This document shows, piece by piece, positions 23,035 through 34,775 of a stretch of DNA of 64,000 bases. Each line of letters starts with the position of its first letter. The first letter of the stretch is position 1. The stretch spans positions 124,001 to 188,000 of the forward strand of contig JANHCV010000008.1 in the NCBI GenBank assembly GCA_025594325.1, in the 5' to 3' direction. The notes below the pieces were generated by a model. It was not told the DNA's origin. It worked only from the letters and a program-made list of their open reading frames with translations, and searched no databases. The translations under genes and the position numbers were made by a program. This stretch comes from Blastocladiella emersonii ATCC 22665 (taxonomy: Eukaryota > Fungi > Blastocladiomycota).

Positions 23035-25463
23035 CTACACCGCCGCGGGCGTCGCGCCCGATCGCGGCGTATACGGCGCCGCGTACGACGCGTTGCGGGT
23101 CTCGACATCCATGGCCACGGCCACGGACGCGTCGACCAGACCCGCTTCCGCCGCCTTGTCGCCCTCCTCGCCCTCCTCATCATCCCCGCCGCCGTCCGCG
23201 CGCGGCCCGCCCCACGTGCGCTGGTTCATAGTCCACTGGGCGTACCCGTAGTACGCCATTTCGAACAGCTGGTTGCACAGGACGTAGGCGAAGAAGAAGA
23301 CGAGCGACTTGGCGCGGTTCTGCCACACGGCCCAGCCGCTGAGGAAGATCCAGAACAGGAGCGGGACGCCGAGGACGAGCAGAATGTCCATGGCCGTGAT
23401 GGACTTGGGCCGCTCAATGGTGCGGAAGATGAGCTCGCCGAGGATCAGGATGAACGCGCACCCGCCGATGCGCAGCATCGAGATGAGGCGCAGGGCGATC
23501 AGCGCGGGGTACTTGGTCAGGAAACTGGGTGTCGTCACCATGTACATCTCGTTGGTCAGCGAGCCGAGGAGCCAGCGGCGCCGTTGCCGCATCAGGTCGT
23601 AGAAGACGTTGGGCGCCTCGGTCTTGGACACGGCGTCGGGCACGAACCCGATCGAGAACGGGCCGAGGTACTCCATGGCGAGGTGCGTCAGGAACCGGTC
23701 CTCGCCGAGCTTGCGGCGGCAGAACTCGAAGGTCGAGTCGACGTCGGGCTGGTGGAAGTAGATCTTGGCCAGCTCGTGCATCGTCTCGTACTTGATCATG
23801 GTCAGCGCGCCCGGCAGGCACGTCACGCTGCCGAACGACGACTCGACGTACCGCATCGAGACCTGCATGAAAATGTACTCGGCCTAGTTGAGCGTGCGAG
23901 GGCGAGGTGAGTTGTTGGATCGCGACGACGTGAAGCAGGTGAGCGGCGAGAGCGAGTCGACGACGGGAGCGAGTCGGATTGATGGTGAGGGGCGTCGAGG
24001 CGAGGAGCGGGGCGAGCCGATCAAGGACCCGGCGCAAAGTCGAGAGTGAGCGAGTCAACGTACATCCTGCATCTGCTGAAAGAAATTATTCGCGTGCCCG
24101 TTACGCGACACGATGAACCCAGTCGCACACGCGCGGCCGGGGTGCACCTCGAAGTGGTCGACGAACTTGCGGATCGTAGACGGGACCAGCGTCGTATCGC
24201 TGTCGACGAACAGCAGCAGGGCGTCGCGCGGGTACACGCCGGCCGCCACCCGGTCCTCGACGAGCGCAAACATCTTGGCCTGGGTGTGCAGCTTGCCGCC
24301 GTGCTCGTAGCGGGCGATCGTGTAGTTGATGCTGCAGTACCGGATCTCGATGGCGCGCGGGTCGGCGTCGGTCGCGGTGCTCGCGGCGGACGAGCCGGGC
24401 GACGACGCGGTGCCGAAACGGCCGCGCAGGTCCATGGACGAGCGCGACTGGTGCGCGAGCTTGAGCAGGCCGTTGTACTTGTCGCGGGCCTTGAAGCTCG
24501 GCAGGTCGTCGTACGACGGCAGGATGTCAGCGAGTGGGTCGTCGTCGTTGGCGCCGGCCATGGACGCGCGGCGCGAGTCGAGCATCGCGGGCGACGGCGA
24601 CGGATGAGCGGAGTCGTAGCCCTGCACGATGCCGCCGTTGAGGATGCGCTCGATCGTGTACATGGTGATGAGCGTCTTTTCCGAGTCGTCGTCGAAGCCG
24701 ACGAGCACGTGGATCTTCTCGGGCGGGTAGTCGGACTCGGTGATGGCGGAGATGGTCGAGAGGAGGTTGGAGAGGGGCTCCTGGTACGTCGGGACCAGGA
24801 TGATCACGTCGCGGTCCCAGTTGTACGTCGTGTGCACGTCCGCTGCCGCCAGCGGGTCGGCGAGCCCGGCCTCCGCGCGCACCGCCGCGGCAGGCAGCCC
24901 ACGCCGCGCGGCGTCAATCTCGGCCTTGCGCCGTGCGAGCGCGCGCATCTGCAAGCGGTCGCGGCAGAACGAGATGGCGGTGGCGATCGTCGAGACGACG
25001 GCGCACGCCGAGTAGCTGAGGTAGATGATGATGAAGCTGATCTGCATCATGGCGGGCGTGATGGGTTCCCAGTGGAGGCGGATCCAGGCGGGTGTCAACG
25101 GCTTGGTCAGCATGACCTGGAGGAAGGTGCACAGGATGAAGACGATGAAGGCGAGGTAGACGGTGCCGAAGATGACGGCGAGCGCGATGCGGCCGCCGCG
25201 CTCGTTGGTGTTGAAGGTCTGCACGGCGCCGACCTGGCCCTCCTTGCGCGCGATCTGCGCTGAGCCCCAGAAGCCCCACTAGACGGTGTAGAGTGGGTTA
25301 GCTGCGGTGGAGTGCGCGAAGTGCGGGAGGGCGAACGCACCAGGTTCATGCGCAGCTGGAGGATCACAAACAGGACCGTTGTGACGGTGACGGCGAGGAT
25401 GACGACGCCGACGAGCGCGTCGACCCACGTCGTGGCTGCGTGTGCATCGGAAGGCGGCGGCAT
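23035..25463 (-). CDS. chs: Chitin synthase (GT2), 3 exons, 728 aa, no myosin or cytochrome b5 domain
   Basis: Exons 25463-25341, 25278-24064, 23883-23035 joined by GT-AG introns (62 and 180 nt) in frame; motifs VPTYQEP, VDSDT, TCLPG, LGEDRFLT, QRRRW; N- and C-terminal TM helices. Confidence 0.9.
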
Positions 25464-26289
25464 GGCGATGGAGACGGCGGCGTGCAAGTCGAGCAAGGAG
25501 AGCGGCCACTCGATCGCAGGTCAAGTAGGCTCGCAGTCAGGCAGGGAGAGGGGAGAAGGGGACGATGGAGCGTGGACTGGCCTTTTGAGAGCGGCCGCCC
25601 GCGCTTCACGCTGCACCGGCAACCTGCTCGTGCTCGCTCCCTTGCTCGAACGCCATTCGCCGGTTCGATGCGCAACGCGTGGGCGCCGACGGTGAGCATC
25701 GAGAAACCAGCCCGTGACGAGGGCCGCTTCCCCGGAACGTGCAGACCCGCCGGCATCGCACCATACGCGGCGTTCGATCCCACTGCTCGCGCTCGCGCGA
25801 TCGTGGTGGCAGACGCCGCTCCGCGACGAGCACGACAGGTGGAGCCGCGCGGGCCGCACCGGTCGGCCCGTTACCCGACTCGGGTCCCGAGCGACCGCAG
25901 CAGCAGGCAAGAGCCAAAGCAGCAAGTGGGCGGAATTCGAGGTGCTGGTGGACGGCAAGTGGCGAAGTCGCTGCGGCGAGTCGCTGCCCGTTCGGGACGA
26001 CCGTCGGCGCCGCGACCACGCGAGCCGGTCCAGGCGCGCGAGTCGCGCGCAATGCAGCAGTTCATTTCATGAGTTTCCGTTTCCGCGCGTACGGCGAGCG
26101 AGGGAGGAGGGCGAGCGCGAACGACTTCCCTTTCGGGTCGGCGCCACGCCGTCGCAATCACCTCATGTGGCGCCCACGTGTTTGATCGTCGCGTCTCGCC
26201 ATCGCAGCTCGCGGGTCGATGTAACCTCAGTCGATCCAGCCCGCTGATCGATCATCCGCGATTGTATTTCGCATCGATCCGGTTCCCCG

Positions 26290-27764
26290 CTACACGCGGA
26301 TCGTGTAGATCGCCTGCGCGGCACTGTGACCACGGGCTGAGGTACACGTTTGCGTTACCGCAGCGCAAGCGAGGCGGATGCCTGCGGCACGCTCGTCAGC
26401 TTGGCTCCCGCTTGGCGCGTGCGTCCGGCGTTCTCGCAGCACATCGTGATCGGCACCAGGTCCGACGTGCTGCACATCGACTCGGCCGACGGAAACATGG
26501 CGAAACCAAGCGGTCACAGGTCGAAGGAGATGGGCCAAGTGACGCACGTCACTTCGCGCACAATCCGGCAGCTGGCCAGCGCGTACATGCGCTTCATGGT
26601 CAACAGTTGCTTGGGGTGGGCTCAGCATGCGTCCAGCGTGTCTAGCGCGCGCGCCGCGCGCATAAGGACCTGGTGCTGGGGCTGAAGACGCCGCGGCGGA
26701 CGCGCGTAAGCTTGAACCCAATGAAGCCGGCGACGAGGGCGCGCTGGGGAGCCCTGAAGAAAACGCAAGACCGATACCAGGACGAGGAAAATGCAAACCC
26801 ATCGAGTACGTCCGAGTTGGCGTCAGCAGCGGTCCGCCGTATCGGGGAACTTGGCCAAGCCCATGCACGCCGAGACATCGCGAATCGAGTAGCTCTCGCT
26901 GTTGACGAGTGCGGCAACCTTCGGGTCCCGCGCCGCGGGCAAGTCCCCCACTTTTTCCAGAAACAGTCGTTTGACGTGCGGCGCGTTGGCCAAGGCGTGG
27001 AGACTCCCCGAAGCCCGGAAGATAGACCACACGCGCTGCTGGAACGTCTCGACAAGCGACCCGGGCACGGGCGTCGCGTCGATCCAGACCTGGACCCATT
27101 TCGGCCGCCGGTCAAGGTCAAGGGCCTGGAGAAAGGCTGCGGCCGCGGTCGCGTCCCGCTGGTTTGGGAACACGTACACTGCACACGCGAGAAAGTCGTG
27201 CGCTGGCATGTTGGCCTGCGAAAGGAGGAGCGCACGAGCAAGGCGGCCAGGACGGACCAGGCGCTGTAGGGAGTCGACAAACTCGCGCGGCGAAGCCGTG
27301 GACCACCGCCCGGGCGGCGAAGGAAGACGAAGGAGCGGACCGCGAGTTCGCACCAACTCTTGGAGTGTGACTTGGCCTTTGAGGGGCGGTGGCTTTGGCG
27401 GCAAATGCGAGAGCTGCTGCGTTGGCGGATCAACTGCCGGTTCAGAGCGAAGTGTCAAGGCTAGCTTTGTTGAGGAAGTGGACAATTCGCTCGAAGCAAG
27501 GTCTTGGCAGAGCTGCTCAAGTTTTGATAGTGTTTCCGACTGGGTCGCGTCATGGTTCTGCGCAGCTTCGAGCCTGCTTGCCAGTGCAGACCGAACCATG
27601 GCCAGCCGGGTCTCCATCAAGCGATACGCGGCGCCGGGAAGGAGGAGGTCACGATCGTCTCGCGCCGCGGGGAGGTTTCCAAGTCCAGCGAGGTGGTCAT
27701 CCAAGGCAGCCGCGGCGCGGCAGAAGATATAGCAAGGCTGTTCAAGATCGTTGCATGTAGTCAT
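26290..27764 (-). pseudogene. Gag-capsid-like family member, disrupted C-terminus
   Basis: MTTCNDL..RAAAALDDHL; core SPREFVDSLQRLVRPGRLARAL..WVQVW..PHVKRLFLEKV; 26300-26600 encodes a degenerate copy of the C-terminal domain of 30082-31818. Confidence 0.7.
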
Positions 27765-27936
27765 GGTGCGTGCGTCGGTGATTTCATTGCGAAACAGGAA
27801 GCGTGAGCGGAGAGACGGCACCGCGCGCCAGCGACGTCGCTTTGTGTACAGGAAGCGATCATGATCACGTTTTGCCTCACGTGTTTGATCGACGCGTCTC
27901 GCCCTTTTCCTGGTGCGACCAACACTTTGTATGCAA

Positions 27937-29842
27937 CTAATCACGCCCACGCGCCCTCTGGCACAAGACGCCGGGCTGCGAGAATACGGGAACGAGGCGT
28001 GTCGCGTGCAACTCCACGGGGAACGTGGCGACCGCGTCAAGGTACGCTGCGCCGTGGTACATCTGCTCTCGCGCGCTTCCGCAACATAGTTTCGCCTCGC
28101 ATCGGAGAACGCCAGACCACTCGGTCGCCAGAGCGTGGACCTGGTCGTAAATATGCGGTTTCACGTCTGCGGGTGGGAACGAGTTGGAGGTCCTGAACCC
28201 GTCGTGGATCGACCGGATGATCAGCCGGAGGTTTTGCGACGACGCGCAGTCGCTCATCTCGTGCTTTTTCGCGTAAATCTTGAGCGGCGGGAAGCGGCTG
28301 CAGTAGGTGCATGGCGTCCGGTGCATTGCCAGTGAGAGCACGTCCGTACTCGGCGGAAGCGTGCTGAGCGGCGATGAAGCGAGAGCGGGCAGCATTGACT
28401 TAAGTCGCTCCTGGATATCGAACACCGAAAAGAGCCGGTTCTCGGTCATGGTGGTGATTTTTGGGCCGCGAGACTTGGGCAGCTGCGTAAGCTTCTCGAG
28501 GTAGATCCGTTTGATGTGCGTGAGCGCAATGGACTCTCGGGTCGAGCCGGTAACGCGGAATGGTACAGCTTGCGCGTAAAAAGCATCGAGCGAGACTCCT
28601 GGAACCCACTCGAGCGCGATCCAGTCCAAAAGCCAGCGAGGTCGATGTTGAGGATCGACGCTATCCAAAAAACGCCTGCTCGGCAATCGCATCGCTCATG
28701 TGACCATGCAGCAGCGGCGCAAACCCCAGGTAATCGCCTCGGGACATGTTGCTGGGGGACCGCATGAGTGCAGATGCCAGTTGGCCGAGGGAAACGCATG
28801 CACGCATGAGCGTGATGAATTTGTTCGCGCAATCGGTGGTAAGCCTGCCGGGCTGAGATGGTACGCGGAACAGTGGCCCCGTTTCGCGGACAAGTTGAGG
28901 CAGAGAGGGCAGAGCATGTCGCACAGGAACACCATCGCGAGATGTTTCCGCCGGAATGACCGGGTTTTCAAGCTGCTCCTTGATGTCCGTGATTGAATAT
29001 TCCGATCGAGAGATCATGGCGACAATCCTCGAGTCGCGCGACGCGGGAAGCGCGGCGATATAGTCGAGGTAAATCTGCTTGATGTGAGAGCAGCCGACGA
29101 GTGACTTGAAGGCGGGCATGCTTCGCAGCGCATTCCAGAACTGCCCGTGGAAATGGCCAAGGGTAAATCCTGACCTTGTTTCAACTGAGAGCCATTTCCG
29201 GATGTGCGGCGGATGCGAGGCGGTATCCGCGGCAACCAGAAACGCCCGCGTAGCAGCATCGTTGTCCGTACCACCGGGCAGGAGCGGCGCACACGCGAGG
29301 TAGTCACATCGCGGCATGTCGTTGCGCGCCATGACGAGTAGGCTCGCAAGGGAGTGACCGGGTGCGACGGCGCGGAGAGCGTGTAGAAATTCGCGCGGAC
29401 TGGTCGTTGAGAAACGGCCCACGGAAGCAGGAAGCCGAAACAGCGGTCCATGGAGTTGCACGCGGTTTTCGATCGACAGCTCGGAGTGAATTGTACGCGA
29501 AGCAGGAGAGGCGGGGACCGTCGATGCGGGAGACGGAGGTAGGAGTTCACGTTCGAGTTGGTCATACATGCTATTGCAGCGAGCCTCGAGTTCGTAGACT
29601 GCCAAGTCATCCGAATCTGTGTGAGGCGCTTCGCCAAGGACGGGCTGCGAGCGAAGTGCATAATGAAAGCACTTCAAACGAGCCTCGAAAAGCTCGACGA
29701 GGGATCGGGCAAGACACGCTTCCTGCTCCGTGCGCGTCGCAGTCGGTTGAAGCGGAGCACTCGGGTCGCGCGATGCGGCCGCAGTTTCATGAGATGAACA
29801 CGTATGGGTAATCCTTGATTTGTTGCACGGATTTAGGGGCAT
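27937..29842 (-). pseudogene. Gag-capsid-like family member with two tandem core domains, frameshift near 28670
   Basis: Core 1 GPLFRLP..SHIKQIYLDYI, core 2 GPLFRVP.. continuing in ORF 27937-28692 (THIKRIYLEKL), knuckle CTYC-x12-H-x4-C. Confidence 0.7.
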
Positions 29843-30081
29843 GATGCATGGAGGGGGTCGAGCGGGTCGAGAGCGGCAGCTAGAGTGCAAACCAATCGCT
29901 TCACAAAGCTTACTGATTGTTTGACGCGTCTCGCGCCCTGTCCCGCGTGCTGCCTCAGTCCCTCCGCAGTGGGCGCGCGGCTCGACCTCCACGTTTTCAT
30001 TTGCGCCAAATTTTGACAACAACTGTGAACATCAAGACTGGGCGCGCGGCCATACTAACAAAAACGTGTGCATTACAACTC

Positions 30082-31818
30082 TTACCGCCGTTCGCCAATT
30101 CGGAATCGTTTCCGCATCGCATCGATCTCCTGCCATATCGGCACCAGATGCGACTCGGTCATTGCATGGGGCACCTCGCAAAGGGCAGTGAGGAACAGGT
30201 TTGCGTACCGGAGCGCCTCCAGGTCGCGATCCGCAGTAAACTTAGCCCGCGCTTGGCGCGCGCGCTCGGCGTACTCGTGGCACAGCGCGACCAGCGTTTC
30301 GTATGATCTGCTGCGCATGGTTTCCAACGACGGAAACGCGTGACCGAGCAGCATGAGCCCAAAGAAAATGGATCCCGCAACACGACGCGTATCAGCCACG
30401 TGCGGACACCTGGTGAGCGGATGTACCTGCGCCTTGCGCATGAGGGGCTCGAAGTGAAGGCAGTACGCACAAGGCTTTGCGATTGCGCGCACCGATTTTG
30501 CGTCACAGGCCGCTACCGCTTCCATCAAGGCAGGGTTTGAAGTCTGAGCTGGAATGATAGAACGCAAAACCTCCAGTGATCGCGAGGAAGTCTTGATTGG
30601 CGGCGACCGTGAGCGGTTACGATTCGGAGCATGCGTGGCGGAAGTGGAATGCGAGCGTGTAGACGAGGGCGAGCGAGAGCGAGCCCGAAGTAGTGGGTCC
30701 TTGCGAAACGACTTCGGCGGTGGCAGCGATTGGGAACGCTCGACGGTGTTCTTACTGATGTGCTTGGAAATCAATGTGAGAGGCGACACGGGCAAGCCTC
30801 GCGGCTTGGCCGGATCTGCAACTTTACCGCGTGGGTCAGCGGAGGTCGAAGCGCAGGTCGGCTGTGAGGCAGTGGGAGTCGGCGCGCGAGTATTGGCTGG
30901 TCCGGGGAGGACCACCGAGCCCAAGTGCTCAGTAAGATCGCGAATCGAGTAATCCTCGCTCTTGACAAGAGCGGCGAGTTTCGGGTCGCCCGTTTCCGAC
31001 AAGCCCGCCTCCGTAAGAAACAGCTGCTTGACGTGCGGGGCATTGACGAGCGCCCAAATCTTCTTCGAGGAACGGAAGATGGACCACACCTCCCGCTGGA
31101 AGTCATCAAGTGAAGATCCAGGCACCGGCGCAGCGTCAATCCAGCGCTGGACCCATCTTGGGCGCCGAGCAGGGTCCAACCCGAGAAGAAAATCAGCCGC
31201 CGCGTGTGTATCCGATTGGGTTTGGGTGACAAGGACCGCATACGCGAAAAAGTCTTCGGATGCCACGTTCTCCCTTGAGAGAATAAGCGCGCGGGCGAGG
31301 TAGTGTTGCGGGACAAGTGTTCGGAGACAGTTGAGAAAGTCACGCGGGTCATTGGTCGTCCACCGTCCCGGTATCTCGGGAAGTCTAAGCCGTGGGCCAC
31401 GGGTGCGCAGCAGCTCCCTGAGCGGAATGTGTTTATCTTCGGGGCGCGGCCTTGGTGGTGAGGACGGGGGCCGATTAGAAGTGCCCGGAGCCGAGTTTCG
31501 AGCAGGTTCGAACTTTGATTCCAACGATGGAGTGCCGGGGTCAGTTTTAAGAGACAAGCAGAGCCGTTCGAGTTCATCAATCGTCGCCAAACCTGCCCGG
31601 CCTGGCAGGCCCGATTCGTAACTCGCGGCAGCAGCCAACGCTGTACGGATTACGCGCAGTCGAATCTTCATCACGCGCCACGTGGCGCCCTGCAGGAAAA
31701 GTGATCGAGCTTGCCGCGAAGCGGGGAGCTCCCGCGACCCAGCAAAGTAGTCGTCCAGGGCAGCAGCGGCGCGGGAGATATCATAGCAAGAGCTTTTGAG
31801 TTCATTGCATGAAGTCAT
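30082..31818 (-). CDS. Gag-capsid-like family member, about 578 aa, intact
   Basis: MTSCNEL start; core NDPRDFLNCLRTLVPQHYLARAL..WVQRW..PGSSLDDF..PHVKQLF; RSRSP tract; knuckle CAYC-x12-H-x4-C. Confidence 0.75.
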   Translation of the reverse strand: MTSCNELKSSCYDISRAAAALDDYFAGSRELPASRQARSLFLQGATWRVMKIRLRVIRTALAAAASYESGLPGRAGLATIDELERLCLSLKTDPGTPSLESKFEPARNSAPGTSNRPPSSPPRPRPEDKHIPLRELLRTRGPRLRLPEIPGRWTTNDPRDFLNCLRTLVPQHYLARALILSRENVASEDFFAYAVLVTQTQSDTHAAADFLLGLDPARRPRWVQRWIDAAPVPGSSLDDFQREVWSIFRSSKKIWALVNAPHVKQLFLTEAGLSETGDPKLAALVKSEDYSIRDLTEHLGSVVLPGPANTRAPTPTASQPTCASTSADPRGKVADPAKPRGLPVSPLTLISKHISKNTVERSQSLPPPKSFRKDPLLRARSRSPSSTRSHSTSATHAPNRNRSRSPPIKTSSRSLEVLRSIIPAQTSNPALMEAVAACDAKSVRAIAKPCAYCLHFEPLMRKAQVHPLTRCPHVADTRRVAGSIFFGLMLLGHAFPSLETMRSRSYETLVALCHEYAERARQARAKFTADRDLEALRYANLFLTALCEVPHAMTESHLVPIWQEIDAMRKRFRIGERR

Positions 31819-31979
31819 GGCGAATACATGTGCTTTTTCATTGCAAGGGAGTAGGTGATGGTTGAGTAAATGCGCCACAGTCGCTGTTCGTCCCACTTCG
31901 TTCCGATCAGAAATTCTGAAACAGGGGTCGATCACATGATACTTTGACGCGTCTCGCACGCACGGGCCGGCAGCTTCAC

Positions 31980-33772
31980 CAGGGGTTCTAAGTGGGGTGG
32001 TCAAACCTGCGTTGGTGCATCCTACGGCCCCCTCTTCTGGAACAGTGGCTTGACGGCGGCTTGACGCTCACGCGGGCACGTTCCAGAGCTCCCGCACGTG
32101 CGCGGCGCCGCCCACGTGGGCGCGGCGCGACGCGTCTCTCACCTCGCGCCGGCGCTCACACCCCTCCACATGGCCGTACGGCCGCTCTGTGGCATCAATA
32201 CATCAATAGTACTCGTTAATCATGCACACTCCATGCAACGCGTGCTGCAGCGTCATGACTTGCTGATTTACGTGTCCCCGCCCGATCCGCAGATGCGGAA
32301 TGCCGCGTCTGTCAGGCTGAGCTCTTGAGGCCGGCTTCCGTAAACCGCCGCTCGCTGAATAGTCACTTGTAAGGTCTATGTGAGCGCTCAGACGCTGTGT
32401 GCGAGCCTGCTCACGTAGTCACCCTTGACGCGAAACTCGTTCATTGCATCCAGCTCATTCATGACCCACTCAGCGACAATAGTGCGTCACCTTCGTGCTC
32501 TATGCGACCTCGCACGAAGTTCAGCTCTCGCTCGATACCATACCGTCCGATTCCCATGAGATTCTATTGCTAAACAGCAAGGTATCAGGCGGCCACCACG
32601 CTCAGCGCACAGCTCAGGCACCTTCGACTCCAAGTTTCACATTCCGTCCCGGCGGCAGCTCGTCGTATTGATAAAACACTCATCCGTCGTGCTTCATGCG
32701 CCGGCTCATCATCCGTAGGCCATGGTACTCTCGTTCATTTTTACCGCAGCGCTCAATCCTCAGCAAACACGGCGAGTTCCGCTTGCGTTAGGGCTCCGTC
32801 CCGCGTGCAGCGCTCGTCTTGTGGTCCGAGCACCGCGCGGACAGCAGCACCGCGGAATTTTGCTTGTCTTACACTTCGCGTCGCGAACGGTGGGCTGTTT
32901 GCGCGGACGTACGACAATGATCATCATCGCGCGGGCCTGAGAATCGCGGCCATCCGCTTAGCTGGCTTTACCAGAGATCGTTGAAATCCTAGGTGCGCCG
33001 CTCACCACTTCCGCCAGGCTGCGCATGTACGCTCACATGCTTACATTAATGATGTGTGGGCCGCGCCGTCGAGAGCTCGTGGCCGCAGGTGCGACCCGGA
33101 CCATGTAGTCAACTTCAATAGTTCGTCGTCGCAGGACTTCCGCTCGCTATCCTACTGCCCGTCGCGAGCTCAGCGTCCGCGGCCCGCGCTTTGCAGCTTG
33201 CGCCGACGCAGCTGCGAGTTCTGAGCCCGCTTACTCGTACTCCGTGAAACGACTCTCGCTCGATCCCGTCAATGAGACCCGCGGATTCGCAGACGAAACC
33301 GCTTGCTTGAACCTCCCGCGCTCCACGGCACATACCGACAGCAACCGCAGTTGGCGCGGGCTTCCTCGTGGGCGATTCGCTCGAGCGCACGGTCCGTGTG
33401 TAGTACGAGGACCACTCAAGCTTACTTTCCAAGCTGTGGGCATCCCACGCCGCCACTCCTCCCTCAGGTCGCAGCGGCACACTTGCCTTCACGCTGGGCA
33501 ACAGGGGCGCCGCTCACTTGGCCCTTGACTTGAACTGAGTGCACCTACTCTCACGCCGCTAGCTGAAGCAAAGTATTCGTTCGATGAGGCCGTTCATCGT
33601 GCGCGCGAGGTGAGAGACGCGTCGCGCCGCGCCCACGTGGGCGGCGCCGCGCACGTGCGGGAGCTCTGGAACGTGCCCGCGTGAGCGTCAAGCCACCGTC
33701 AAGCCACTGTTCCAGAAGAGGGGGCCGTAGGATGCACCAACACAGGTTTGACCACCCCACTTAGAACCCCTG
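31980..33772. mobile_element. Non-autonomous TIR element, 1793 bp, 170-bp TIRs starting CAGGGG, 7-bp TSD GCTTCAC
   Basis: TIRs 31980-32149 and 33603-33772 differ at 2 positions; GCTTCAC at 31973-31979 and 33773-33779; no transposase ORF recognised. Confidence 0.85.
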
Positions 33773-34775
33773 GCTTCACGCTTCGCACCAGGGGCGACGA
33801 CGTGAAAAAGGGAACGTCCCATAACAAGCTACGGGTTACGTTTAGCTGGTGGCCCACAACAGGGCTCAGGAACACCGTGGCGAAGCAGAATCGCAGCGCA
33901 CAAGTGATCGCGAGGCCTCACGCCGTGTGACAGGTCAACGTGCGTGATGGGCGAGGTATCATTACGGTGCATGATCAGCGCGTCGCCTTGCTGCAGGTTA
34001 GACGAGTATTTGTAGCAGCGATGTCGATGCGCACGTTTTTGCAGTGACTGGGTTGCACAACCACTCATGGACTTTGAGTGTCAGATACAGGTCCTTGAAA
34101 TCGACTGCGGGTCAGAAATAGTAACCAATGAGATGTGGTACGCGGTGAGGACCTCGTTGCGCGGCTGGTTCTGGCGCCCGAGTTCGCAGACGAATAAATC
34201 TGCAAGATGAGGAGTTTGAAGACCTTCTCACGCTACTCATCGCAAAACCTGCAGCAGCGGTTCGGGGCCCGATCGCGGCCAGATCGCGGCCAGAAAGCAG
34301 CATCTGGGCCGGATCTGTGATATTACCCTGACGCGGACTGGATCTGGCTCAGACGCCGCGCGGGCGGCGCGAGCGGGGTCGGGGCAGCGTCTTGGCAGCG
34401 TTGGGGCGGTATCCGGCCCAGATCCGGCCCTGATCGTGCCGTGATCCTGCCCTGATCTCGCCCAGTCCGGGGCAGAGGCTGCCGTGATGCCGCCGCGAAG
34501 TGCGCACCGATCGTGTCACAATCCCGCTTGCTTTGTGGCCGGATCCGGGCCATGTTGCGCTCAGATCCTCGCCGTATCGTTGCCGGATCCGGGCCACGTC
34601 ACGCTCAGATCCTGACCCAGTCGGGGAGTCATCCGCATAGCATTCGGGTATATATATATACAATATCATCATATCGGAACACGCTTGGGCGGCCGGCCGG
34701 CCGGCCGGCCTGCCCGCCCGCTCGCCCGCCCCCACCCCACGGTCAACAGCGTGTGCGCGCGCGCGCGCCCTTGGC

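Larger units (their letters stand above)
27891..31957 (-). promoter_or_regulatory. Shared upstream box GACGCGTCTCGC (3 exact copies: 27891-27902, 29923-29934, 31946-31957)
   Basis: Each copy lies 80-130 bp upstream of a family start codon; contains ACGCGT; a near-identical 26-bp extended copy is at 26175-26200. Confidence 0.55.

Noticed and set aside
23869-24063. Apparent premature stop/frameshift in chitin synthase
   Set aside because: Explained by a 180-nt GT-AG intron that restores MQD/AEYIF in frame
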